This document shows positions 16,787 through 25,077 of a DNA stretch of 27,297 nt, in pieces (positions within the stretch are counted from its first letter, which is position 1; each line of letters starts with the position of its first letter). Origin of the DNA: a virus (Duplodnaviria; Caudoviricetes). Location of the stretch: positions 1 through 27,297 of the IMG/VR virus record IMGVR_UViG_3300042393_000404, one strand, 5' to 3'. A program made the position numbers and the translations under genes. The notes below the pieces were generated by a model that had not been told where the DNA came from, made no database searches, and saw nothing but the letters and a program-made list of their open reading frames with translations.

Positions 16787-16933
16787 ATGATAATAACAGT
16801 AAAACAAAAGCACAGGTTACGCAGACGCTTAAAAAATTGGCGTGGCAGTTGTCCGAAAGATTTAATGGTCGTTATAACGAAAGAGCATGACGTGAAGTAT
16901 ATACTTAAAAATACAGAACATGAGCAAGATTGA
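16787..16933 (+). CDS. 48-aa basic protein (not in ORF track)
   Basis: MIITVKQKHRLRRRLKNWRG...; fills the gap between neighbouring genes. Confidence 0.5.
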   Translation: MIITVKQKHRLRRRLKNWRGSCPKDLMVVITKEHDVKYILKNTEHEQD

Positions 16934-17114
16934 TGAAGCGAGAGCCACGCTAAGAGAAGAGGGCTATTTTGTAGATAATCTTTGGCATATTGATGATGTT
17001 GAGGGAGAATTAACAAATGAGAAAAAGCAAAGTATATTAAACAAAGCGTTAACCAATGATACTACGATGAATCAAATTTGGTTTTCTATAAATCAAGAGA
17101 CAGATGACAATTGA
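16920..17114 (+). CDS. Hypothetical protein
   Basis: 64 aa, GYFVDNLWHIDDV. Confidence 0.7.
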   Translation: MSKIDEARATLREEGYFVDNLWHIDDVEGELTNEKKQSILNKALTNDTTMNQIWFSINQETDDN

Positions 17115-17403
17115 AAGATATAACGAGCTATTGGCAGAGTGCCAGGAACTAATAGAGTTCGGTAATTCGACCGAAAATGCAATCGGCAAGGCTAAATTAA
17201 GCGTGCTTGAGGAGATGCCAATGTGGGTTGGTGCCGAGGTGTTAGGACGAAAGATAATAATGTCGTTCTTTATGGAGGACGGAAATTCAATCGAGCAATT
17301 TAACGGTGTAGAGTGGTCATCGTTCGATTGTCAGATGACGGTCGCTAATCAAGACGGCTATGTGTTCGATGGATTTAATGAATTGATAACAGACGCACGC
17401 TAG
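17104..17403 (+). CDS. Hypothetical protein
   Basis: 99 aa ORF in operon context. Confidence 0.7.
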   Translation: MTIERYNELLAECQELIEFGNSTENAIGKAKLSVLEEMPMWVGAEVLGRKIIMSFFMEDGNSIEQFNGVEWSSFDCQMTVANQDGYVFDGFNELITDAR

Positions 17404-17504
17404 GCTGTGAGTATTGGATAAACGGATGACCTAGATGACATAAGGCGTTTAAAGGCACGCTTATAAGCTTTCCAGTGACCAATACTAAGTTTGTTATTTA
17501 TAGT

Positions 17505-17630
17505 AGTAGAGTGGCGGAATTGGTAGACGCATGAATAAAGGTTAATAGTAAAGATAACGCAGAGTAACCTTGAAATACCCCATAAGACTGCTCATAAGTT
17601 ATCATACAGGTTCAAGTCCTGTCTCTATTA
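17505..17630 (+). tRNA. tRNA-like RNA (Leu-type D and T arms, no canonical anticodon arm), 126 nt
   Basis: Acceptor AGTAGAG/CTCTATT plus A73; D arm GCGGAATTGGTAGACGC; T arm ACAGG-TTCAAGT-CCTGT; 75-nt central insert. Confidence 0.75.
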
Positions 17631-17636
17631 CAATGG

Positions 17637-17793
17637 CTCAAGAGTTGGGATAAATCTTGAGAGAGTGCAAACTATCCTAACAGTTGTGGCATCGGGTGTA
17701 TGAAGGTGCTTTCATACAAGTACTATTTGAGTAGGTGGGAACTTAGTACATTTTTAAAACCCGCCAAAACTTATAAAAAATAGGAGTTTTGGC
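17637..17793 (+). ncRNA. Hairpin cluster downstream of the tRNA-like RNA
   Basis: CTCAAGA/TCTTGAG, TGTATGAA/TTCATACA, GTACTA/TAGTAC, GCCAAAACT/AGTTTTGGC. Confidence 0.45.
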
Positions 17794-17822
17794 ACAGTAT
17801 AAATTAATTAAAATTTAAAATT

Positions 17823-18179
17823 ATGAAAAAAGGAATTGAATGGTTTTCTCTATTGACAGAGGAACAACAGTCGAAATTTAGAGCGAACACTGAAAAAAGT
17901 TTTCACAATTTAGTAAAAATGGAGTTTACAAGTTTTTTTAGTTTTATAACTAGATGTTTTCCGTGGGAAAGTAGTAAGGAAGGACATGATTATTGGTACA
18001 AGATAGCAACTCAAATTCCATCATCTGAAATAGTTCACAATCACTTTCACATTGTCTACCTGACGGGTGAAAATAAATGCACAGGTGTAAACATTCAAGC
18101 GGTCGATATGATTGACGCACTGAAGCAGTTTGAATCAAAAAATAATGGCGTAAAACCTATTTATTGTTACGCAAAGTAG
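17823..18179 (+). CDS. Hypothetical protein
   Basis: 118 aa, FPWESSKEGHDYW motif. Confidence 0.75.
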   Translation: MKKGIEWFSLLTEEQQSKFRANTEKSFHNLVKMEFTSFFSFITRCFPWESSKEGHDYWYKIATQIPSSEIVHNHFHIVYLTGENKCTGVNIQAVDMIDALKQFESKNNGVKPIYCYAK

Positions 18180-18180
18180 T

Positions 18181-18460
18181 AAATTAGTGACGCAAATGAC
18201 GCAAAATGTAGGATGAATGACGGAAAAATGACGCTAGTTCCTGCGGTATGACTGGTTTATGTAAGTTGTGACGCAAATTTTGTTCTTTTCAAAAAAAAAG
18301 AAAAATATTATATATAATAGATAGTCCAATAAATAAAAAAAACTTTTTTTTAAAATTTTGGGCGATTTTGCGTCATACCTCACATAATTGAGGATTCACG
18401 GGCTATCTAGCGTCATCTTTCCTCACATTTTGCTACATTGATGTTACATTTGCCTACATA
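18181..18460. repeat. Element B: inverted homolog of element A; origin-like
   Basis: TGACGC at 18188, 18197, 18229, 18269; GCGTCA at 18370, 18410; AT core ~18276-18359; 18181-18200 is the exact reverse complement of 10113-10132. Confidence 0.75.
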
Positions 18461-18478
18461 AATTAAAAATTATAGATT

Positions 18479-18721
18479 ATGGAAGAAAAACCAAAATTAG
18501 AGTCGGCAGTTTTTGAGTTCAGTCAGGACGCCAATTGTCTCAATAGTCGTGAAGATATTGAGATGCTAGAAATAAAGTGCGAATCATCGCTCGGTATATC
18601 GAGTGACAAAGGATGTTTTTTTGTATTAAAGACGGACAGTTGGTCGGTCAACAATGCAGAAGATTTGAAGGAGTTGTTTGATAAGATAGAGATAGGTTTA
18701 AATGAATTTTATGATAAATAG
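18479..18721 (+). CDS. Hypothetical protein
   Basis: 80 aa ORF. Confidence 0.75.
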   Translation: MEEKPKLESAVFEFSQDANCLNSREDIEMLEIKCESSLGISSDKGCFFVLKTDSWSVNNAEDLKELFDKIEIGLNEFYDK

Positions 18722-18723
18722 TT

Positions 18724-19146
18724 ATGAGTTTAGGTGTTAATTTAGAAAGAAAGAAGTGGGTAAGTTACGATGAAGGTAAAACCCATACAGTAGAGAACGA
18801 AGAGGTTTATTGGGCTAATATTACTCACAACCTAGGAGAGATGGCGGGCAAGGCAGGCATCTACGAGGCGTTGTGGCGACCTTATCTACTAAGAGATGAT
18901 TACAAAGAGTTCGAGCTGTATGGTGATAATGAATATGAGTTTGAAAATAAATGTGTAATAAAAGCGAGCGATATAATTGACGTGCTTGAGAAAGGTTTAG
19001 CTGATTTAAAAAAGAGACCTAAGTATTTTGAGAAATTTAATTCTGATAATGGTTGGGGAATGTATCATAATTTCGTACCGTTTGTCGATAGGTATTTGAA
19101 CGCTTGCAAAGAATATCCTGAATGTGTAGTTAAAGTTAGTAGATGA
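18724..19146 (+). CDS. Phage hypothetical protein
   Basis: ANITHNLGEMA..AGIY.ALWRP...NGWG.Y motifs. Confidence 0.8.
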   Translation: MSLGVNLERKKWVSYDEGKTHTVENEEVYWANITHNLGEMAGKAGIYEALWRPYLLRDDYKEFELYGDNEYEFENKCVIKASDIIDVLEKGLADLKKRPKYFEKFNSDNGWGMYHNFVPFVDRYLNACKEYPECVVKVSR

Positions 19147-19484
19147 TAAAAAAGATTAAGGTTGTGGAAAAAGAAATAAGTGAAACGCCTGAGAGATGGG
19201 TAATATTAAAAATGCCAAACAATTTATATAAAGTTTTTGGAACTTGGTCTGGTGGCTATTTAGGTAGTGATAGATGGAAGTTGAACTCTGGTATAAAAAA
19301 AATTGAGTATGATGATGATTACTACTATTTTATTGGATTTAGTGGGAGTTGTTATAAATGCCATAAAAACAGATATGGAACAGCATCATCTTATGGGTTA
19401 GGAGTTCTGAAAGAAATAATAGAGAAAGGCAATAATCATATTGAATTAATGGAAGATAGTGATGATTGGTTAAATATGATATAA
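19143..19484 (+). CDS. Phage hypothetical protein
   Basis: YKVFGTWSGGYLGSDRWKLNSGI...GFSGS.YKC. Confidence 0.8.
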   Translation: MIKKIKVVEKEISETPERWVILKMPNNLYKVFGTWSGGYLGSDRWKLNSGIKKIEYDDDYYYFIGFSGSCYKCHKNRYGTASSYGLGVLKEIIEKGNNHIELMEDSDDWLNMI

Positions 19485-19505
19485 CTTAGTTTTAAAAAAA
19501 TACAA

Positions 19506-19664
19506 ATGATACAGATAGACATACCGAGCATCGAGACAAAGGTTAAAGTAGTCGAGGAGTACATCTTTAAGGTTAAAGGTGTAAAAGTTAATATCGTAAT
19601 GTACAATTACGATTATCATATCGAGTTACTAAATGTAGCTTATTTAATTGCGATAAAAGAATGA
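19506..19664 (+). CDS. 52-aa hypothetical protein (not in ORF track)
   Basis: MIQIDIPSIETKVKVVEEYIFKVKG...; ATGA-coupled to the methyltransferase. Confidence 0.6.
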   Translation: MIQIDIPSIETKVKVVEEYIFKVKGVKVNIVMYNYDYHIELLNVAYLIAIKE

Positions 19665-20290
19665 AAAGAATATTAATAGCCTGTGAAGAAAGCCAGGCGG
19701 TAACAAAAGCGTTTAGGGACTTAGGTCACGAAGCTTTTAGTTGTGATATACTTCCTTGTAGTGGTGGTCATCCTGAATGGCACATACAAGGAGACGTAAC
19801 AGAACACTTAAATAAAGGTTGGGATTTAATAATAGGTCATCCGCCATGCACACATTTATCATCTTCTGGTCAATGGGCTTTTTCAAAAGGAATAAAGGAC
19901 ATTAAATTAAAAAATGATGCAGCTGATTTCTTTATGAAGATAATGTCAGCAGATTGTCCACGTATTGCGATAGAAAATCCTATTGGAGTGATGTCTACTT
20001 TGTTTAGAAAACCAGACCAAATAATTCAGCCTTGGATGTTTGGAGACAAAGCAAGTAAGTCAACTTGTTTATGGTTGAAAGGTTTACCAAAACTTATACC
20101 TGATATCGCTGAAAAACCAGAGATGGAATACCACACATGGATAGACAAAAGGACGGGAGCTACAAAAAGAATGGAGAAGTGGATGTATGACATAAGAACC
20201 AAGCCACATAAATTAAGAAGTAATCTTGCATCAAAAACTTTTCAAGGAACGGCTGATGCAATAGCAAAACAATGGTCAAAAATATTATAA
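19661..20290 (+). CDS. Short phage-type DNA cytosine-C5 methyltransferase
   Basis: HPPCT (motif IV), IENP (motif VI), ILIACEESQAV in place of motif I, C-terminal ADAIAKQW. Confidence 0.8.
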   Translation: MKRILIACEESQAVTKAFRDLGHEAFSCDILPCSGGHPEWHIQGDVTEHLNKGWDLIIGHPPCTHLSSSGQWAFSKGIKDIKLKNDAADFFMKIMSADCPRIAIENPIGVMSTLFRKPDQIIQPWMFGDKASKSTCLWLKGLPKLIPDIAEKPEMEYHTWIDKRTGATKRMEKWMYDIRTKPHKLRSNLASKTFQGTADAIAKQWSKIL

Positions 20291-20293
20291 ATT

Positions 20294-20620
20294 ATGAATG
20301 TAATAAACAGCATAGAGTTTTCAGACGGACGGGATGTCCAGCTGATTAACGAGATAAAGAAAGAACTAAGATTCTTTCCTAGTATTAGTGAGTTCCACCT
20401 GGTTGACTTTAGTGTCGACAGACAAGACAACGCTATGTATGAGGTGTGTATTGACCTAACGATTAACGATGGTATGCTATGTACGTATCAATATCAGACG
20501 GAGATTGACGATGTGTACTTAGACAATTTACCATGGAGACAGCGAGAGATTATCTTAGCGTCTATTCAGTCGGACGATTTTAAGGAGTTTTTAACTTATA
20601 TACTAGAGGAGAATGAATAG
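20294..20620 (+). CDS. Acidic hypothetical protein
   Basis: 108 aa ORF. Confidence 0.7.
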   Translation: MNVINSIEFSDGRDVQLINEIKKELRFFPSISEFHLVDFSVDRQDNAMYEVCIDLTINDGMLCTYQYQTEIDDVYLDNLPWRQREIILASIQSDDFKEFLTYILEENE

Positions 20621-20798
20621 ATATATTGTACGGACGGCATCAAGAACGAGAGAGTTCTTTACCGTCATCTCGGCTGATAGTTTATATCAGGCGGAGGACA
20701 GAGTAATTGACAGCATAAATAAGTCTGTCGATATAGAGTACGTTGATATGCAACGTAGGAAGTTTGTTGAATTTAATTTTGTGTTATGTTTGAATTAG
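20613..20798 (+). CDS. Hypothetical protein
   Basis: 61 aa, overlapping operon context. Confidence 0.6.
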   Translation: MNRYIVRTASRTREFFTVISADSLYQAEDRVIDSINKSVDIEYVDMQRRKFVEFNFVLCLN

Positions 20799-20896
20799 TT
20801 AAAGGAATGCTAGGCGGAATATTCTGCATAGGTATCGCTGTCTTATATTGTTGGACAGCCTGTTGGTTATTAAAGGTGATTATAAATCTAATGTGA
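20786..20896 (+). CDS. 36-aa single-TM micropeptide
   Basis: MFELVKGMLGGIFCIGIAVLYCWTACWLLKVIINLM. Confidence 0.45.
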   Translation: MFELVKGMLGGIFCIGIAVLYCWTACWLLKVIINLM

Positions 20897-20903
20897 TTGT
20901 GAG

Positions 20904-20996
20904 ATGAAGAAGTTAATTTATTACGGATTGAAGGGGATTTTATTAGCCTCTTGTTATGTAGGAATAATAGTTTTATTTTTTAAATATGTATTATGA
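20904..20996 (+). CDS. 30-aa single-TM micropeptide
   Basis: MKKLIYYGLKGILLASCYVGIIVLFFKYVL; ATGA-coupled to the HNH gene. Confidence 0.5.
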   Translation: MKKLIYYGLKGILLASCYVGIIVLFFKYVL

Positions 20997-21481
20997 AAAA
21001 ACAAACAGCAGTTAAAATAAGTCAAGCTGATTATTTAATACATCAAGATGGTGGATTATTTAACAATAAAAATAAAAAATTTAAAAAATGGACTAAAGAT
21101 AGTAATGGTTATATGAGATGTACTGTTTGGAATAATAATAAATCTATTACAATTTCACAACATAGAATACTGGCTGAAATATTTATACCAAATATTTTAA
21201 ATAAATTACAAGTAAATCATATTAACGGAGTAAAACATGATAATAGACTTGAAAATCTTGAATGGGTTACTCAATCTGAAAACACTTTACATTCTTTTGC
21301 AATGGGTTTACAAAAACCTTCAAAACCAAATATGATGAGTGTTATTGATAAAATAACAGGTGACTTATATGACAGTATTTCAGATGCTGCAAAAGCAACA
21401 GGATGGAGTGTAAGTCATCTTAGAAATATGTTATTAAAAAATAAACCTAATAAAACAAATTTAGAATTTTATGGAAAATAA
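20993..21481 (+). CDS. HNH homing endonuclease with C-terminal HTH
   Basis: HRILAE.FIPN...VNHINGVKHDNRLENLEWVT.SEN..H; YDSISDAAK. Confidence 0.9.
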   Translation: MKKQTAVKISQADYLIHQDGGLFNNKNKKFKKWTKDSNGYMRCTVWNNNKSITISQHRILAEIFIPNILNKLQVNHINGVKHDNRLENLEWVTQSENTLHSFAMGLQKPSKPNMMSVIDKITGDLYDSISDAAKATGWSVSHLRNMLLKNKPNKTNLEFYGK

Positions 21482-21761
21482 TAAACAGATTACAGCAGTA
21501 AAATGGTTATTTGAAAAACTATGGAATACAGATAAAGATAAGCTTACTTGGCATTCTTTATTAGAGACAGCCTTGTTTATGGAATACAGGCAACAAGAGA
21601 TAGACCTTAAAGATGTCACAAGATTAGAAGTAATTAATCACGCAAGTAATTATTTAAAAGTTGGTAGAGTATTGACTTTATACAAAAGTGATAAAGACTT
21701 TACCGTTGTTGAAGCTAGCTTTCAAGACCAAGACAGAACTCTTAAAATATTTATATCATGA
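21471..21761 (+). CDS. Hypothetical protein (KQ-TAV.WL N-terminus)
   Basis: 96 aa, overlaps the HNH stop. Confidence 0.75.
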   Translation: MENNKQITAVKWLFEKLWNTDKDKLTWHSLLETALFMEYRQQEIDLKDVTRLEVINHASNYLKVGRVLTLYKSDKDFTVVEASFQDQDRTLKIFIS

Positions 21762-22171
21762 AAGCAAAATTAATTAAACAAGGAAACGAATACTTTTTAA
21801 GGTCGTTAATCAAAGATATTCCTTCATCTATAAATGTATATCACAAAATAAGTGAAACCGAAGGAGAGTTTGGATTTGGTAAACACTCAGGTAAACTATC
21901 TAAACAAAACTGTGATGAGATATTTGGTATTGTAGATGTTGAGATGTTGTTAACTGATTATATTATGAGAAGAAAATTTCAAAATATAAATAAAAAACAA
22001 CAAAAAATGTATAAAGAAGGTTTCAACAAAGCAATGGAGTTGTATCAACCAACAGAAATAGAAGTTGAAGTAGAGATGGATAGAATACCTGCTGATTTAG
22101 CGCCAGATGGTTGGGATGTATTTCATAAGTTAGATTCTCAGGGATGTATAATTTTAAAAAGAGTAGTATGA
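21758..22171 (+). CDS. Hypothetical protein
   Basis: MKAKLIK...KLSKQNCDEIFG...GCIILK. Confidence 0.75.
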   Translation: MKAKLIKQGNEYFLRSLIKDIPSSINVYHKISETEGEFGFGKHSGKLSKQNCDEIFGIVDVEMLLTDYIMRRKFQNINKKQQKMYKEGFNKAMELYQPTEIEVEVEMDRIPADLAPDGWDVFHKLDSQGCIILKRVV

Positions 22172-22299
22172 AAGTAAAATTTAGAATAATTAGAAAAGGT
22201 TGGAAATCAATCTCAATCTATACAAAGAATTGTGAAACAGTAATTAGATATTGGGGAGGTTTAAAATTTGATATTGTAAAACTTTATAAATGCAAATAA
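22168..22299 (+). CDS. 43-aa basic protein (not in ORF track)
   Basis: ATGA-coupled; ends 1 nt before the next ATG. Confidence 0.5.
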   Translation: MKVKFRIIRKGWKSISIYTKNCETVIRYWGGLKFDIVKLYKCK

Positions 22300-22300
22300 A

Positions 22301-22660
22301 ATGAAAACAAGTGACTTAATAATTGGAAACTATATAAAATTAATGTTTAATCATGAAGATTATGAAACTTTACAAGTTACTTTGAATGATTTAGTAAGTG
22401 TAGATAAAAAACAAGCAGTTTATGAACCAATCCCACTTACAGAAGAATGGTTGTTGAAGTTTGGGTTTAAAAAAGATTTAGAGAATGATTTATATTTAGA
22501 GTCAACATCTACAAGTTTTTTTGTATGGCAAAATAATAGAGTTGAATTATTAGATAATAAAAATAATATATGTATTTCTCATTGTGAATATGTTCATCAA
22601 CTTCAAAACCTATATTTTGCATTAACTGGAGAAGAATTAACTTTAATTGAAAAAATATGA
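22301..22660 (+). CDS. Phage hypothetical protein (PIPLTEEWL/LQNLYFALTGEEL family)
   Basis: Paralog of 5959..6363. Confidence 0.85.
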   Translation: MKTSDLIIGNYIKLMFNHEDYETLQVTLNDLVSVDKKQAVYEPIPLTEEWLLKFGFKKDLENDLYLESTSTSFFVWQNNRVELLDNKNNICISHCEYVHQLQNLYFALTGEELTLIEKI

Positions 22661-22878
22661 AAAAAGAACAAGAAGAAAAACAGTTCCTGGGCGGACTGTT
22701 GATAGGAATTATCCTAGGAGCAATGATTGGTTACTTTACATTTAGAATAACAACCGTCATTGTAAACACTCCAACACAAGAAGTTCAGTTAGAAAGAAAG
22801 ATGATTGATTGGAGCAAACATCCTAACAAAGATAAGAGAGATTATTTTGAAGTAATGTATAATAATTCAAGCAAATGA
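22657..22878 (+). CDS. Small membrane protein
   Basis: Gly-rich TM FLGGLLIGIILGAMIGYF. Confidence 0.7.
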   Translation: MKKEQEEKQFLGGLLIGIILGAMIGYFTFRITTVIVNTPTQEVQLERKMIDWSKHPNKDKRDYFEVMYNNSSK

Positions 22879-23579
22879 AAAATTTATTTTTAATACCAAC
22901 AGATAAACCAAGTAGGTTACAGTTACAGATGAATGGAAATTTTCACATAGAAAATGGACAAACTATTGCATTAAAATCTTTTCAAAACATCTACATCACT
23001 TCTGATGAAACTCCAAATAAGATGTATGAAGGTTTTTATTTATTGGGTAACAAAGTATTTAATACAAATACGACTATGTTACAAACTGGCTGCAAAGCAA
23101 TAATCCTGACAACAGACCGAGACTTAATCAAAAATGGTGTACAAGCTATTGATGATACATTCCTTGAATGGTTTGTTAAGAATCCAAGTTGTGAGAAGGT
23201 TGAAGTAAAAGAAAAACAACATTTTGAATCTGACAAAACTAAACGAGATAATCCTTTAAATGGTGTTTATTATTGCTACAAAATCATCATTCCAAAAGAA
23301 AAACAATCAGTTCAAGAATACGAACAACAAGGTTTAGAAAAATCATATTCTCAACTTAAAAGAGAAACACTTGAAGAAGTTGCTGAAAAATTAGCAAGTA
23401 CAACTGAAGAATTTAATATGTTTATTGCAGGTGCTAAATGGCAAGCTGAAAAGAGTTATAGTGAAGAAGATATGCTAAAATTTGCTTGGTTTTTAATAGA
23501 AAATGTAGGTCAATATTCTTGTGATAGAACTGCTCACTTTGAAGGTAAATATCTTGAACAATTTAAAAAGAAAGTATGA
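22875..23579 (+). CDS. Phage hypothetical protein
   Basis: 234 aa; IPTDKPSRL, IILTTD.DLIK.GVQAIDD.FLEWFVKNPSCE, AGAKWQAE. Confidence 0.8.
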   Translation: MKNLFLIPTDKPSRLQLQMNGNFHIENGQTIALKSFQNIYITSDETPNKMYEGFYLLGNKVFNTNTTMLQTGCKAIILTTDRDLIKNGVQAIDDTFLEWFVKNPSCEKVEVKEKQHFESDKTKRDNPLNGVYYCYKIIIPKEKQSVQEYEQQGLEKSYSQLKRETLEEVAEKLASTTEEFNMFIAGAKWQAEKSYSEEDMLKFAWFLIENVGQYSCDRTAHFEGKYLEQFKKKV

Positions 23580-23764
23580 AAGAACAAAAAGTATTAGCAA
23601 TAGCTGGAGATACATATGATTGTGATAAAGAACATGAAATAAATAAACAACTTGAATTAGGTTGGAATATTGTATCTGTAACCGCACAATATGTATCAAG
23701 TAATCAAATATCTTATGGAGGATATTTAATTGTATTAGAACGAGAAATAAAAATAAATAAATAA
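23576..23764 (+). CDS. Small hypothetical protein
   Basis: INKQLELGWNIVSV. Confidence 0.65.
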   Translation: MKEQKVLAIAGDTYDCDKEHEINKQLELGWNIVSVTAQYVSSNQISYGGYLIVLEREIKINK

Positions 23765-23822
23765 CAAACAAATCAAAAATTAATTAGCATATTTGCAACC
23801 CTTAAATTAAATAAATAAAGTT

Positions 23823-24329
23823 ATGGCACATTGGAGACAGATGTTTGAGCGTGAAAACAAGACGCTCGGTTCTTGGGATTTAGAAGTAAACGGTACTTTT
23901 GAAAGCAAGGTAGTAACGATAGAAAGATTCTATCAAGGAGAGATAGTAGGCTCAAAAGGTAAAGAGTCTAAGCAAATGGTAAAACTTAAAGAGTTCGATA
24001 AACCAATGGTTTGTAACGTAACTAACTTTAAGAGATTACAAAAGTTCTTTGGTACTTTCGACCCGAATGACTACTTAGGAAAGCAAATAGTATTAGGTGT
24101 AGAGAAGACTAGAGACCCATCGTCTAGCGAGCAAGTAGACGCATTGAGATTCAGCATTAGACCTTTACCTCAACAGAGTAAAAAAGAGATAGCAGACGCT
24201 GACATTCCAAAAGTTATTAAGTCTATTCAGTCGGGAGCAACAACGCTCGAGGCACTACAACAGACGAGAGAAATAACGGCAGAGCAATTAGTATTAATCA
24301 ATGAAGGTATATCAAATGTTGAAGGTTAG
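23823..24329 (+). CDS. Hypothetical protein of the recombination module (possible annealing/ssDNA-binding protein)
   Basis: Position before exonuclease and SSB; KPMVCNVTN.K...DALR. Confidence 0.6.
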   Translation: MAHWRQMFERENKTLGSWDLEVNGTFESKVVTIERFYQGEIVGSKGKESKQMVKLKEFDKPMVCNVTNFKRLQKFFGTFDPNDYLGKQIVLGVEKTRDPSSSEQVDALRFSIRPLPQQSKKEIADADIPKVIKSIQSGATTLEALQQTREITAEQLVLINEGISNVEG

Positions 24330-25077
24330 AGCATCATCGTCAGCACCATTGTTCTCAGGTGAGGACGGTCTGACAGACAAACAAGCAGAACAATTAGAAG
24401 GATTATTGTCTAAAATTAAGTTAACTGAACTGCAAGCTAAGACTCGAGATGAGTTGATTGTGAAAAGAGATGCTGAGCCTACGTTGTCGGCAGGCGGTAA
24501 GACGTTAGTTGAGGAATATGTTGAGCAAGAACTGTATAACTTCCGTCCGACCTTCGGTTCGAGAGAGACGGATAAAGGGAATATGGTCGAAGATGACGCT
24601 ATATCGTTCTACAATGATTTCTTTATGACGAGCTACAAGAAGTTCGATGATACTGAAACATTATCTTACGGCATTTATACTGGACATCCTGACATCGTTT
24701 CTAATGGCGAAAGAAAGGTAATTGATATAAAGAGTTCTTGGTCAAAGAAAACGTTCCCTAAGACTCTCGATGACGCCAAGAACTCAGTTTACGAGTGGCA
24801 AGTCAAACAGTATTTGTATATGCTCGGTAAAATTACGGGTGAGGATTGGCGAACGGGCGAGATAGCTTACGTTCTGATGAGCACTCCTGAGAGTCTTTTA
24901 AGCGAGTGGGACGATGACTCGATGCACTATGTTGATGATTTACCTGAGAACTTTAGGATAACCATTGTGCCAGTCGAGTTGACGGACAAAGATATCGCTA
25001 AGTTTGAGGCAAGAGAGAAAGTAGCGATTAAGTACTACGAGGAATATAAACAAGTAATTTTAAATAAAAACAAATGA
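24316..25077 (+). CDS. PD-(D/E)XK exonuclease (YqaJ/lambda-exo-like)
   Basis: RASS, KGN.VEDDAI, TGHPDI...VIDIKSSW, YEWQVKQYL; probable start ATG 24316. Confidence 0.85.
   Translation: MLKVRASSSAPLFSGEDGLTDKQAEQLEGLLSKIKLTELQAKTRDELIVKRDAEPTLSAGGKTLVEEYVEQELYNFRPTFGSRETDKGNMVEDDAISFYNDFFMTSYKKFDDTETLSYGIYTGHPDIVSNGERKVIDIKSSWSKKTFPKTLDDAKNSVYEWQVKQYLYMLGKITGEDWRTGEIAYVLMSTPESLLSEWDDDSMHYVDDLPENFRITIVPVELTDKDIAKFEAREKVAIKYYEEYKQVILNKNK

Noticed and set aside
17425-17480. Hammerhead ribozyme
   Set aside because: CTAGATGA is not the CTGANGA core and no properly placed GAAA is present
17505-17630. Functional tRNA-Leu or tmRNA
   Set aside because: No canonical anticodon stem-loop; too short for tmRNA and lacks G3-U70
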